A stretch of 64,000 nucleotides of DNA from an uncultured Anaerolineae bacterium. Lineage in GTDB: Bacteria; Chloroflexota; Anaerolineae; VGOG01. The notes beneath the pieces are model-generated. The model searched no databases, was not told the origin of the DNA, and saw only the letters and a program-made list of their open reading frames with translations. The position numbers and the translations under genes are program-made. Positions within the stretch are counted from its first letter, which is position 1. Each line of letters begins with the position of its first letter. Of the stretch, positions 9,799 through 18,690 are shown one piece after another. Where the stretch lies: assembly GCA_964390805.1 (NCBI GenBank), contig CAYMKL010000014.1:706-64705 (forward strand). The letters are read 5' to 3'.

Positions 9799-12700
9799 AG
9801 GAGCGAGCAACTTTCATTCTTCTTACCCTGGCTCTGGCGCTGGCCTTCACCGCTCAGCATTTCTTCTCCGCGGATAGAACCCATTACCGACAGGCGCTGC
9901 TCGTCTACGGCGTGGCCATCGTGGTGGTCTGGGTCTACGCTTTCTTAGAGGGGCACTGGTCGGGTTCGCTCCGGTCAGAAGAAGGCCAGTCTGCTCCGGC
10001 AGCGACCGACAATGAGCGCATCAATTTCACACCCCTTAGGTTTGCCCTGTTTTTTGCCTCTTTCCTGGCCCTGGCTTTCTCCCTGATGCTTCAACAAAGG
10101 AATAGCGCGTATCTGGGGCAGGTCATCTTCTGGCTGGTTGGCCTGGCCTTCTTGGTAGCCGCTTGCTGGCCTTACAGTACGCTAGGAGTTAGCTATTTCT
10201 GGCGCAAGTTGAAGTCCCACTGGGGCGAAATGTGCCTGGTGGTGCTGATCGTTGCGCTGGGATTCGCCCTGCGGGCCTATGGCCTAGATTCTATCCCTGG
10301 CGGCTTTCACGGTGACGAAGGCGAATGGGCGATGGATGCCGTGGCCATTATGGAGGGTAGATTGGTTCCTCCCTTCGGCACCGGCTGGGACAGGCACCCT
10401 AGCATGTTTTCATACCTGCAGGCCTTCACGATGAAGGTTTTTGGCATGAACGTAACGGGCGTGCGCATGCTCTCGGCCATAGCAGGCACGCTGACCTTGC
10501 TCGGCTTGTATCTGTTGGTCAGGCGGATGTTCGGTAGATGGGCAGCCATGGTGGCTGCTTTCCTGTTGGCGGTCTCCCACTGGCACATCCATTTCAGCCG
10601 CCTGGCCATGAACGACATTGAGGTCCCTTTGCTCACGATGCTGATCGTATACTTCCTGTATCGGGGGGTAGAGTCGCGGCGCCCCCTCGACTACTGCCTG
10701 TCGGGGATGAGCCTGGGACTTTGTTTCTATTTCGGCAACAAGTCGCATCTCCTTCCCCCCTTGATTGTCCTATTGTTCCTCTACCTGGTTATATTTAAGC
10801 GGGGCTTTCTCCGCCATCAGTGGCGCAACATCTTAGTCTTTCTCATTGCTACCCTCCTCACCTTCGCCCCCTTGGGGCTGTTCTATTCCCAGCGCAGATG
10901 GGAGGGCTTTGTGTTTGCCCGCTTGCAGAACCGCTCCATCTTCAACAACCTAGATCGCTTCTACGCAGTGTACGGCACTAAGGAAGTATGGGACGTGTTA
11001 CGCATCCAAACGGAGCGCACGGTGCTCCTTCTCAATTATTACACCGACGCCGGCATCTTCCTAACATTTACCCACGAGCCGCTGCTCGACTACTTCACCG
11101 CCGCAATCTATGTATTGGGCCTGGCCTACAGCCTGTATCATTGGCGGGAGGCGAAGCATGGGCTGCTCCTCTGCTGGTACGGTGTGACCCTCCAGGGCAG
11201 CATACTTTCCATTATTGCCCCGCAGGCCCATCGTATCGTGGGGATGATCCCTGTACCCTTTATCTTCGCTGCCATTGCCATTGAGCGTTTCCGGGGGGAG
11301 TTGGCCAAGGTGGCAAGTTGGCGCAAGGCCATCTACTCGGCCTTGCCCCTGGCCCTGTTCTTGGTCATTGTGGCCTACGTAAACATAGATGCCTACTTCG
11401 TCCGCTACGCCGAGAGGTGGCCCTGGTTGGACATTACGACCATGGCCAAGTACATCCGTGACCTGGGGCAGGATCACGCGATCTATTTCTTTGGGACGCC
11501 CCACACCTATGTCAAGCATGGTACCATACGCTTCATCGCTCACGGCGTAGACGGGGTGGACGTGGCGAACGCGGCCGACGTTGTGCCTGTCCGGCGAGAG
11601 GTTGACCGGAACGTGGCCTTTATATTGATGGGCAGCCATCTCCAGACCCTCTCCTTCATCGAGGCTTATTATCCCGGCGGCGTCTTGCGCAATTTCGAGG
11701 ATGCGAAAGGCAGAAAGCTATTCGCCGCCTATCTGGTTACGCAGCAAGAAGTGGCCAGTAATCAGGGTCTTGTGGCCCGCTACTACCGGGGTGCGGCCTG
11801 GGAGGGGGAGCCAGGGCTAACCAGGGAGGGAGTGGCGGTCTCGTTTGACCAGAGCGAAATCCGGTCCCCACCCTACAGTGTCCGATGGGAGGGCACCATA
11901 CATCTTCCCTCCCAAGGTAGTTACTTAATGGGATTGGACTCGACCCAACCCTCACGTCTGCTCATTGACGGCTCATTGTTGGTGAATAGTTCCGGCGGAC
12001 GACAGGCATCAGAGGCAACTTTGGCCGCTGGGCCTCATGCCATCACGGTGATGGGCATGGCTGCCAGCAGCGAAGACGCCATTGCCCTCTATTGGCGCCC
12101 TCCACACCAGGGTGAGAGAGTGGTTCCTAGCCATGTGCTGACGCCCAGGTCAGAGGCCAACGGCCTGCTGGGGAGTTACTACTCGAACAGCGATTGGGCA
12201 GGCGAGGCGGTTTTGCAGCGCATTGATCCTCTTATTTCCTTCCGATGGTTCCACCAGCCAAAGGCATCCCCCTTCTCCGTTCGCTGGGAGGGCTGGATTC
12301 GTGTGCCGGAGTCGGGCCGCTATACCTTCGAGACCTTCTCCAACGGCGAGGTTTGGCTCTCCATCGGTGGCCAATTGGTTCTCCATGACGATCAGCCGGT
12401 GGTGGAGAGATGGTATAGATCGGAGGCCGATCTGGTGGCTGGCTTGCACAAGCTGGAGCTTCGCTATCGCTATCTGTCTGGTTGGCGGTTGTTGGAACTC
12501 TATTGGACCAGGCCAGATGGGCTGAGGGAGTTGGTTCCAGCCGAGGGTTTCCTACCCAAGAGGGAAATCGTTCTGGCCTCCGGTATGGAGACGCAAGTTC
12601 CAGCGGCTGCAGGCTTGGCCTGGGGAACCCAAGGGGACGCTCCAGGCCAGTTCAATAACCCTCTAGACATCGCCGTTGATGACGAGGGCAACGTGTATGT

Positions 12701-13016
12701 GGCCGATAGCGGCAACCGCCGGGTGCAGGTCTTCGACGCGGCTGGCCGTTTTGTTGCCTACTGGCGAGGCGGCGATGAGAGGTTCGTCAGGCCTTCGGCC
12801 GTGGCTTGGGACGAGAGGGGATATGTCCTGGTGTTGGATTCTGGCACAGGGTGGATTCATCGTTTCACGGTTGATGGGCGTTTCCTGGAAAAGTTTGGTG
12901 GCCCTGCGGCTGGGGTTCTCTGCCCCTGCTGGCTGGCGGTGAATGAGGCTGGTCAGGTCTACGTGCTCGATAGCGGCCACAATCGGGTGCAGGTGTTGGA
13001 GCCGGCGGCCAGATAG
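9795..13016 (+). CDS. GT-C (ArnT/PMT-like) membrane glycosyltransferase-like protein fused to two PA14 domains and NHL repeats
   Basis: 1073 aa; HGDEGEW GT-C loop motif; PA14-like about 11765-12110 (GLVARYYRGAAWEGE) and 12160-12520 (GLLGSYYSNSDWAGE...); NHL repeats 12600-13013 (YVADSGNRRVQVFD, YVLDSGHNRVQVLE). Confidence 0.8.
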   Translation: MKERATFILLTLALALAFTAQHFFSADRTHYRQALLVYGVAIVVVWVYAFLEGHWSGSLRSEEGQSAPAATDNERINFTPLRFALFFASFLALAFSLMLQQRNSAYLGQVIFWLVGLAFLVAACWPYSTLGVSYFWRKLKSHWGEMCLVVLIVALGFALRAYGLDSIPGGFHGDEGEWAMDAVAIMEGRLVPPFGTGWDRHPSMFSYLQAFTMKVFGMNVTGVRMLSAIAGTLTLLGLYLLVRRMFGRWAAMVAAFLLAVSHWHIHFSRLAMNDIEVPLLTMLIVYFLYRGVESRRPLDYCLSGMSLGLCFYFGNKSHLLPPLIVLLFLYLVIFKRGFLRHQWRNILVFLIATLLTFAPLGLFYSQRRWEGFVFARLQNRSIFNNLDRFYAVYGTKEVWDVLRIQTERTVLLLNYYTDAGIFLTFTHEPLLDYFTAAIYVLGLAYSLYHWREAKHGLLLCWYGVTLQGSILSIIAPQAHRIVGMIPVPFIFAAIAIERFRGELAKVASWRKAIYSALPLALFLVIVAYVNIDAYFVRYAERWPWLDITTMAKYIRDLGQDHAIYFFGTPHTYVKHGTIRFIAHGVDGVDVANAADVVPVRREVDRNVAFILMGSHLQTLSFIEAYYPGGVLRNFEDAKGRKLFAAYLVTQQEVASNQGLVARYYRGAAWEGEPGLTREGVAVSFDQSEIRSPPYSVRWEGTIHLPSQGSYLMGLDSTQPSRLLIDGSLLVNSSGGRQASEATLAAGPHAITVMGMAASSEDAIALYWRPPHQGERVVPSHVLTPRSEANGLLGSYYSNSDWAGEAVLQRIDPLISFRWFHQPKASPFSVRWEGWIRVPESGRYTFETFSNGEVWLSIGGQLVLHDDQPVVERWYRSEADLVAGLHKLELRYRYLSGWRLLELYWTRPDGLRELVPAEGFLPKREIVLASGMETQVPAAAGLAWGTQGDAPGQFNNPLDIAVDDEGNVYVADSGNRRVQVFDAAGRFVAYWRGGDERFVRPSAVAWDERGYVLVLDSGTGWIHRFTVDGRFLEKFGGPAAGVLCPCWLAVNEAGQVYVLDSGHNRVQVLEPAAR

Positions 13017-13022
13017 CCAAAC

Positions 13023-13050
13023 TTGAAGAATCTCGCGAGTGTGGTATAAT
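13023..13050 (+). promoter_or_regulatory. sigma70-like promoter with extended -10 upstream of sucC
   Basis: TTGAAG 13023-13028, 16-nt spacer, TGgTATAAT 13042-13050; GAGGAGGAG RBS 13093-13101 then TTG start 13106. Confidence 0.45.
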
Positions 13051-13105
13051 TGGGGCGATCTTGGGTCCTGCCGATGGCGGGGCTTTGTTTTGAGGAGGAG
13101 AACCA

Positions 13106-14254
13106 TTGAAGCTTCAGGAGTATCAGTCCAAGCGCATCTTCGCTCAGCACGGCGTGCCTATCCCGGAGGGTGGAGTAGCTACCACCCCCCAACAGGCACG
13201 AGAGATCTCCGCGCGGCTGGGCAAGCCAGTGGTCGTAAAGGCCCAGGTGCTGGTGGGCGGCCGCGGGAAGGCGGGGGGCATCAAGCTGGCCGCGACGCCC
13301 GAGGAAGCGGAGGCCATCGCTACTCAAATCCTGTCCATGGATTTGAAGGGCTTGCCCGTTAGAAGCGTCCTCGTCGAGGAGGCTTCCGACATTGCCAGCG
13401 AGATCTACCTGGGAGTAGTCATTGACCGCGCTGCCAAGAGGCCGGTGATGATGGCCTCGTCCGAGGGCGGGGTCGAGATCGAGGAGGTGGCCCGCAGGAC
13501 TCCAGAGAAGATCATCAAGACCACTGTTGATCCCTTTCTGGGCTTGCAGGATTACCAGGTTCGAGAAGTGGCCTACGGAATCGGCCTGGGCAGCGACCTG
13601 ATACGGGGCTTCCTGAAAGTGGCCAAAGAGCTATATGCTGCTTTCACGAAGAGCGACGCCTCTCTGGCCGAGATCAATCCGCTGATCGTCACTGGTGACA
13701 GGACGTTGCTGGCCGTGGATGCCAAGATGATTTTGGACGACAACGCCCTCTTCCGCCACCCCGACCTGGCCGAGATGCGCAGCCTGGAAGAGGAGACGCC
13801 AGCGGAGCGCGAGGCGCGGGGCTACGGCATCAGCTACGTCCAACTCGATGGGATCGTTGGCTGTATGGTCAATGGGGCGGGGCTGGCTATGGCCACTATG
13901 GACCTCACCAAGCTACACGGTGGCGCACCGGCCAACTTCCTGGACATTGGCGGTGGGGCCAAAGCCGATAAGGTGGCCGCCGCCCTACGCCTCATCCTCT
14001 CGGACGAAAACGTCCAGGCTGTGCTGTTCAACATCTTCGGCGGCATCACCCGTTGCGACGAGGTAGCCAGGGGCATCCTGACCGCGTTGGAAGAAGTTGG
14101 GACCGATGTGCCCATGGTTGCTCGCCTGGTGGGTACGAATGAGGAGGAAGGCAGGGCAATCCTGGCTGAAGCCGATATGATCACCGCTGCTACTTTGGAG
14201 GAGGCGGCGCAAAAGGCGGTAGCTGCCGCGTCCACCTATGGAGAGCGAACATAA
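13106..14254 (+). CDS. sucC: succinyl-CoA synthetase (ADP-forming) beta subunit
   Basis: 382 aa; [20 protein letters not shown]...[21 protein letters not shown]-grasp N-terminus typical of SucC; TTG start with strong RBS. Confidence 0.92.
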   Translation: MKLQEYQSKRIFAQHGVPIPEGGVATTPQQAREISARLGKPVVVKAQVLVGGRGKAGGIKLAATPEEAEAIATQILSMDLKGLPVRSVLVEEASDIASEIYLGVVIDRAAKRPVMMASSEGGVEIEEVARRTPEKIIKTTVDPFLGLQDYQVREVAYGIGLGSDLIRGFLKVAKELYAAFTKSDASLAEINPLIVTGDRTLLAVDAKMILDDNALFRHPDLAEMRSLEEETPAEREARGYGISYVQLDGIVGCMVNGAGLAMATMDLTKLHGGAPANFLDIGGGAKADKVAAALRLILSDENVQAVLFNIFGGITRCDEVARGILTALEEVGTDVPMVARLVGTNEEEGRAILAEADMITAATLEEAAQKAVAAASTYGERT

Positions 14255-14411
14255 CTCCGATTTCACTTTCACATGCACATCATCCCCCGGTGGTACGGCG
14301 ACGGGCTTCGTCTGGCCCGACCACCGGAGGTGAGAAGAACCATGCCCATCAAGGAAGCGGCAGCCAAGACCCGACGCGAGGTATCAGGGAATCAGGAAGA
14401 GGGGGCTGTCA

Positions 14412-15188
14412 ATGAAGGTTGATCTCAATTGTGACATGGGCGAGAGCTTCGGCCGCTATCGAATCGGCGCTGATGAGGCCATGATGCCGTACATCACCTC
14501 GGCCAACATCGCCTGCGGCTACCACGCGGGCGATCCGCTGGTGATGGACAGGACGGTTCGCTTGGCGGCGAAGCATGGGGTAGGAGTCGGCGCCCATCCC
14601 GGTTTCCCTGACCTCATGGGTTTTGGCCGTCGCGCCATGCAGCTCTCGCCTGAGGAGATCGAGAACTGCATCTTGTACCAGGTGGGGGCGTTGGCTGCCT
14701 TCGCCCGCGCCGCCGGTGTGGAATTGGTGCACGTGAAGCCCCACGGCGCTCTGTACAACATGGCGGCCAGAGACATGGAACTGGCCAGGGCCATCGTTCA
14801 TGGCATCGCACGCTTTGGCAAAGAACTCATCGTAGTTTGTCTGGCTGGCTCAACCATGATCGAGGCAGCAGAGGAGGCAGGCCTCCGTGTCGCTCAGGAG
14901 GGCTTCGCTGATCGGGCTTACAACCCGGATGGGACACTGCAATCCAGGAAGGAGCCCGGTTCCGTCATCCACGACCCGCAAGGGGCGGCTGAGCGGGCGG
15001 TGGCCATGGTGCGTGACAAAATAGTTGTCGCTCACACGGGCGAGGAGATACCCATCCACGTGGATACCATCTGCGTCCACGGCGACAGCCCAGGAGCCGT
15101 TCAAATCGCTAAGACCATTCGCGCAGAGCTGAAGGCGGCGGGGATCGAGGTGAAGCCCATGGAGAGTTTCGTCAGGAGGCTGATATGA
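14412..15188 (+). CDS. pxpA: 5-oxoprolinase subunit A (LamB/YcsF family)
   Basis: 258 aa; [14 protein letters not shown]...[13 protein letters not shown]...GAHPGFPD motifs of LamB/YcsF. Confidence 0.88.
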   Translation: MKVDLNCDMGESFGRYRIGADEAMMPYITSANIACGYHAGDPLVMDRTVRLAAKHGVGVGAHPGFPDLMGFGRRAMQLSPEEIENCILYQVGALAAFARAAGVELVHVKPHGALYNMAARDMELARAIVHGIARFGKELIVVCLAGSTMIEAAEEAGLRVAQEGFADRAYNPDGTLQSRKEPGSVIHDPQGAAERAVAMVRDKIVVAHTGEEIPIHVDTICVHGDSPGAVQIAKTIRAELKAAGIEVKPMESFVRRLI

Positions 15189-15409
15189 AGACCGCGGAAG
15201 TAGTGGCTACAAACGTTAAGACCCTACTGGAAAGCTTCGGTGATCAAGAGCTTGTCGTCATGCCTCTTTCCAGATACAGGGAGATAATAGAGATGATAGA
15301 GGACTTGGAGGATGCCATCGCTGTGAAAAGAGCGATGGAAACTTCAGAAAGGCTTCTCCCCTATGGTGAGGTTAGGGCACGCTTAGTAGCCAAAGGGATT
15401 TTAGAGTGA
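15185..15409 (+). CDS. type II antitoxin, Phd/YefM-like
   Basis: 74 aa, start overlaps pxpA stop (ATGA); [23 protein letters not shown] resembles Phd/YefM; immediately upstream of a RelE/ParE-like ORF with 4-nt overlap. Confidence 0.55.
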   Translation: MKTAEVVATNVKTLLESFGDQELVVMPLSRYREIIEMIEDLEDAIAVKRAMETSERLLPYGEVRARLVAKGILE

Positions 15410-15675
15410 AATATGAGCTTTTCGTTGATGAGCGCATTGATGACAAACTCCTTCGCTTTCCTCGTGACGTGGTAAGGGGCATAGACAAGGCTCTTCGCGC
15501 TTTGAGAGATGACCCTCGACCGCGAGGCTGTAGAAAGATCAGAAGCACAAAGGATTGCTGGAGAGTTACAGTGCGGAAAGATTACCGCATATTGTACAGA
15601 GTTGATGATGAGGCAAAAGCAATTGAGGTGTATGAAATAACCCGCAAGGAGAAAGATACTTACCGAAGGCGATAG
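15406..15675 (+). CDS. type II toxin, RelE/ParE superfamily
   Basis: 89 aa; ...DDPRPRG..KIRSTKDCWRVTVRKDYRILYRVDDEAKAIEVYEITRKEKDTY matches RelE/ParE fold signature (YRI.Y.vd...i.v..i.hRk). Confidence 0.65.
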   Translation: MKYELFVDERIDDKLLRFPRDVVRGIDKALRALRDDPRPRGCRKIRSTKDCWRVTVRKDYRILYRVDDEAKAIEVYEITRKEKDTYRRR

Positions 15676-15729
15676 CTCATTGATAACCCATCAACTTCGG
15701 GAACTGGTGTTTCAGATCAGGAAGATCGA

Positions 15730-16416
15730 ATGACGTTTCGTGGCAAACTTCGCCTTCTTCTGGCTGGCGACTCGGCTTTGGTGGTCGAGTTCGGCGACGA
15801 GATAAGCCTGGAGGTGAACCGCAAGGTTCACGCCCTCGCTAGTGCCCTGGGGAAAGCTTCTCTCCTCGGCCTGGGGGAAGCCGTTCCCACCTATCGCTCT
15901 CTCCTGGTTCATTACGATCCCCTCCACCTTTCCTGCGACGAGGTCAAGGCTTTTGTCTCGGAGGTCCTCCAAGACTGCGAGGAGAAGCCCTTGCTCGAAC
16001 CCAGGCTGGTCGAGGTCCCGGTTGTCTACGGAGGTGAGTCTGGCCCAGACATGGAGTTCGTGGCCGAGCATAACGGCCTGTCGGTTGAGGAGGTGATAAG
16101 CCTCCACTCCGGTGCCACCTACACCGTTTACATGCTGGGTTTCGCACCTGGCTTCGCCTATCTGGGTGGGATGCCAGAGGCCATCGCCACCCCACGGTTG
16201 GAGACGCCTCACACTCTCGTGCCAGCGGGCTCAGCGGGCATCGCTGGAGAGCAGACGGGCATATACCCTATCGCTACCCCCGGTGGATGGCGTTTGATTG
16301 GCAGGACACCTCTTAAGCTTTTCGATCCGGAGCGCGACCCACCCACCCTGCTGAAAGCGGGGGATACAGTTCGCTTCGTGCCCATATCGGAAGGGGAGGA
16401 GCGAAGTGGCCCTTGA
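15730..16416 (+). CDS. pxpB: 5-oxoprolinase subunit B (KipI / allophanate hydrolase subunit 1 family)
   Basis: 228 aa; ...ALVVEFGDEISLEVNRKVHAL...PTYRSLLVHYDP typical of PxpB/KipI. Confidence 0.85.
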   Translation: MTFRGKLRLLLAGDSALVVEFGDEISLEVNRKVHALASALGKASLLGLGEAVPTYRSLLVHYDPLHLSCDEVKAFVSEVLQDCEEKPLLEPRLVEVPVVYGGESGPDMEFVAEHNGLSVEEVISLHSGATYTVYMLGFAPGFAYLGGMPEAIATPRLETPHTLVPAGSAGIAGEQTGIYPIATPGGWRLIGRTPLKLFDPERDPPTLLKAGDTVRFVPISEGEERSGP

Positions 16417-17374
16417 GGTTCTGGAAGGGGGAATGTTGACCACCGTCCAGGACCTGGGGCGCTACGGCTGCGAACGCTACGGCGTCCCGGTGGCTGGAGC
16501 GATGGACCCTTTCGCCTTGCAGGTGGCCAACGCCCTGGTGGGAAACAGCCCGGACGAGGCGGCTCTGGAGATAACCATCGTTGGTCCGACGCTTCGCGCT
16601 ACCGCGAGCTGCCTGATCGCTGTCACTGGTGCGGATCTGAATCTACGGGTGAACGGACGCCCGCTTCCTTCGTGGATGGCCGTGTTCGTGCGCAGGGGAT
16701 GGATCATCGAGTTCGGCGAACGGAAAAGGGGTTGCTGGGCTTATCTGGCCGTGGCGGGGGGAGTTGACGTGCCTCCCATCATGGGGTCGAAATCCACTTA
16801 CCTGCGGGGCGGCTTTGGCGGATTCCAGGGGCGCACTCTGAGAGAAGGCGATCTCATACCCATAGGCCAGACCGCTTCCCACCTCCCCAGTTTGGCGGGC
16901 AAGGAGTTCCCACCAGATCGAATCCCTGATTACAGTGACACGCCAGAATTACATGTCGTCCTCGGTCCTCAGGACGATTATTTCACCGAGGAGGGGATAG
17001 CGACCTTCCTTTCAAGCAAGTACCAGGTCAGCCCAACCTCGGATCGGATGGGCTATCGCCTCCAGGGAGCTGAGATAGTCCACCAGGGGCGGGCGGACAT
17101 CATCTCCGATGGGATTGCCCTGGGAGCAGTGCAGGTACCGGCTGATAAACAGCCCATCGTCATGATGGCCGACCGCCAGACGACGGGGGGATACCCTAAG
17201 ATCGCCACCGTCATCAGCGCCGACATACCCCTGCTGGCCCAATGCATGCCGGGTGGCAGCGCCGTCACTTTCAAGGCGATGACCGTCGAGGAGGCCCAAG
17301 GCCGCTATCGGGAGATGGTCAGAGCCCTGTTTCAAAATCCAAAATCCAAAGTTCAAATATCTAATACTCAATAG
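16406..17374 (+). CDS. pxpC: 5-oxoprolinase subunit C (KipA / allophanate hydrolase subunit 2 family)
   Basis: 322 aa; GGMLTTVQDLGRYGCERYGVPVAGAMD... typical PxpC; C-terminal FQNPKSKVQISNTQ is encoded by a heptamer array. Confidence 0.85.
   Translation: MALEVLEGGMLTTVQDLGRYGCERYGVPVAGAMDPFALQVANALVGNSPDEAALEITIVGPTLRATASCLIAVTGADLNLRVNGRPLPSWMAVFVRRGWIIEFGERKRGCWAYLAVAGGVDVPPIMGSKSTYLRGGFGGFQGRTLREGDLIPIGQTASHLPSLAGKEFPPDRIPDYSDTPELHVVLGPQDDYFTEEGIATFLSSKYQVSPTSDRMGYRLQGAEIVHQGRADIISDGIALGAVQVPADKQPIVMMADRQTTGGYPKIATVISADIPLLAQCMPGGSAVTFKAMTVEEAQGRYREMVRALFQNPKSKVQISNTQ
17331..17374. repeat. heptanucleotide tandem array (CAAAATC family) supplying the pxpC C-terminus and stop
   Basis: caaaatccaaaatccaaagttcaaatatctaatactcaatag. 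Confidence 0.6.
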
Positions 17375-17395
17375 ACACAGCAGGGGGTTTTCTAC

Positions 17396-18256
17396 ATGAG
17401 CATACTAGTTGATAAAAGCACTCGTCTTTTGGTTCAAGGCATCACCGGTCGCGAGGGGGAGTTTCACACCCGCCAGATGCTGGACTACGGCACCAAGGTG
17501 GTGGCTGGAGTAACGCCGGGCAAGGGTGGCATGGAGGTGGCTGGCGTGCCTGTCTTCAATACAGTCAAGGAAGCTGTTGAGACGACTGGCGCCAACACTT
17601 CCATCATCTATGTGCCATCCCGCTTTACGCCGGACGCCATTTACGAGGCCGCCGACGCGGGCATCCCGCTGATCGTGTGCATCACCGAGGGGATTCCCAC
17701 CCAGGACATGATCAAGGTGAAGGCGTATTTAGACCAGAGGGGAACGTGCCTGATTGGTCCCAACTGCCCCGGTTTGATCACCCCCGGCGAGGCCAAGGTG
17801 GGTATCATGTCCGGCCACATTCACAAGCCGGGGGCAGTAGGAGTGGTCTCCCGCAGTGGCACTCTGACCTACGAAGTGGTCTACGACCTGACCGCGCACG
17901 GTCTGGGCCAGTCCACCTGCGTGGGCATCGGCGGCGACCCCATTCCCGGCTCCGATTTCATAGACGTGCTGTCGCTATTCGAGGAAGACGCGGCCACCGA
18001 AAAAGTGGTGCTCATCGGCGAGATCGGAGGTACGGACGAGGAGCGGGCGGCCGATTTCATAGCCAGCAGAATGACCAAGCCTGTGGTCGCCTTCATCGCT
18101 GGAAGAACCGCCCCGCCGGGCAAACGCATGGGTCACGCTGGGGCCATCATCCAGGGCGGCACGGGCACGGCGGCGGAGAAGATCACGGCTCTGGAAGCGG
18201 TCGGCGTAAAGGTGGCCCGCTACCCCGGCGAGATACCTGGGTTGTTGCTTTCTTGA
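17396..18256 (+). CDS. sucD: succinyl-CoA synthetase alpha subunit
   Basis: 286 aa; [21 protein letters not shown]...[15 protein letters not shown]...SRSGTLTYE CoA-binding and ligase motifs. Confidence 0.92.
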   Translation: MSILVDKSTRLLVQGITGREGEFHTRQMLDYGTKVVAGVTPGKGGMEVAGVPVFNTVKEAVETTGANTSIIYVPSRFTPDAIYEAADAGIPLIVCITEGIPTQDMIKVKAYLDQRGTCLIGPNCPGLITPGEAKVGIMSGHIHKPGAVGVVSRSGTLTYEVVYDLTAHGLGQSTCVGIGGDPIPGSDFIDVLSLFEEDAATEKVVLIGEIGGTDEERAADFIASRMTKPVVAFIAGRTAPPGKRMGHAGAIIQGGTGTAAEKITALEAVGVKVARYPGEIPGLLLS

Positions 18257-18330
18257 CAAAATCATAGGAGGATGTTATACTTTTGCGCCAACAAGATGAG
18301 AACAACATCACGGCTTTCTGAAGGGACAGA

Positions 18331-18367
18331 CAGCGAGTTTGGCGGGGGATGAACTCCGGGGTTCCCC
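18331..18367 (+). terminator. rho-independent terminator candidate after sucD
   Basis: GGCGGGGGA (18331-18339) / TCCCCCGCC (18353-18361) 9-bp stem, 13-nt loop, followed by TTTCTT. Confidence 0.5.
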
Positions 18368-18417
18368 CGCCTTTCTTCGCCCAGTGAGCAGGAAAGGCGT
18401 GGCAACGGGAGGATGAA

Positions 18418-18690
18418 GTGAAGTATTGGCGAAAGCCACTGGACATCGAACAACAGGAGATCCCTCGTGGTCGAATCCACATTTTGAGGGAACGGTGCAA
18501 GGGTTGTGGCTTCTGCGTGGAATATTGCCCACGCCGTGTGCTGGAGGTATCAGAAGAGTTTAACACTAAAGGCTATCACCCGCCTCGCATCAAAGACGAG
18601 GCGGCTTGTGTCAACTGTGGTCTTTGCGAGATGCTCTGCCCTGAGTTTGCCATCTATTTGAATGAAGCGGGGGAGGTGCCGGTACCGTGA
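18418..18690 (+). CDS. korD: 2-oxoacid:ferredoxin oxidoreductase delta subunit (2x[4Fe-4S] ferredoxin)
   Basis: 90 aa; CKGCGFCVEYCP and CVNCGLCEMLCP motifs; GTG start after GGGAGG; overlaps korA start. Confidence 0.8.
   Translation: MKYWRKPLDIEQQEIPRGRIHILRERCKGCGFCVEYCPRRVLEVSEEFNTKGYHPPRIKDEAACVNCGLCEMLCPEFAIYLNEAGEVPVP

Noticed and set aside
17677-18267. 196-aa plus-strand ORF overlapping sucD in another frame
   Set aside because: Arg/Gly/His-rich frame-shifted translation of sucD, with no independent support.
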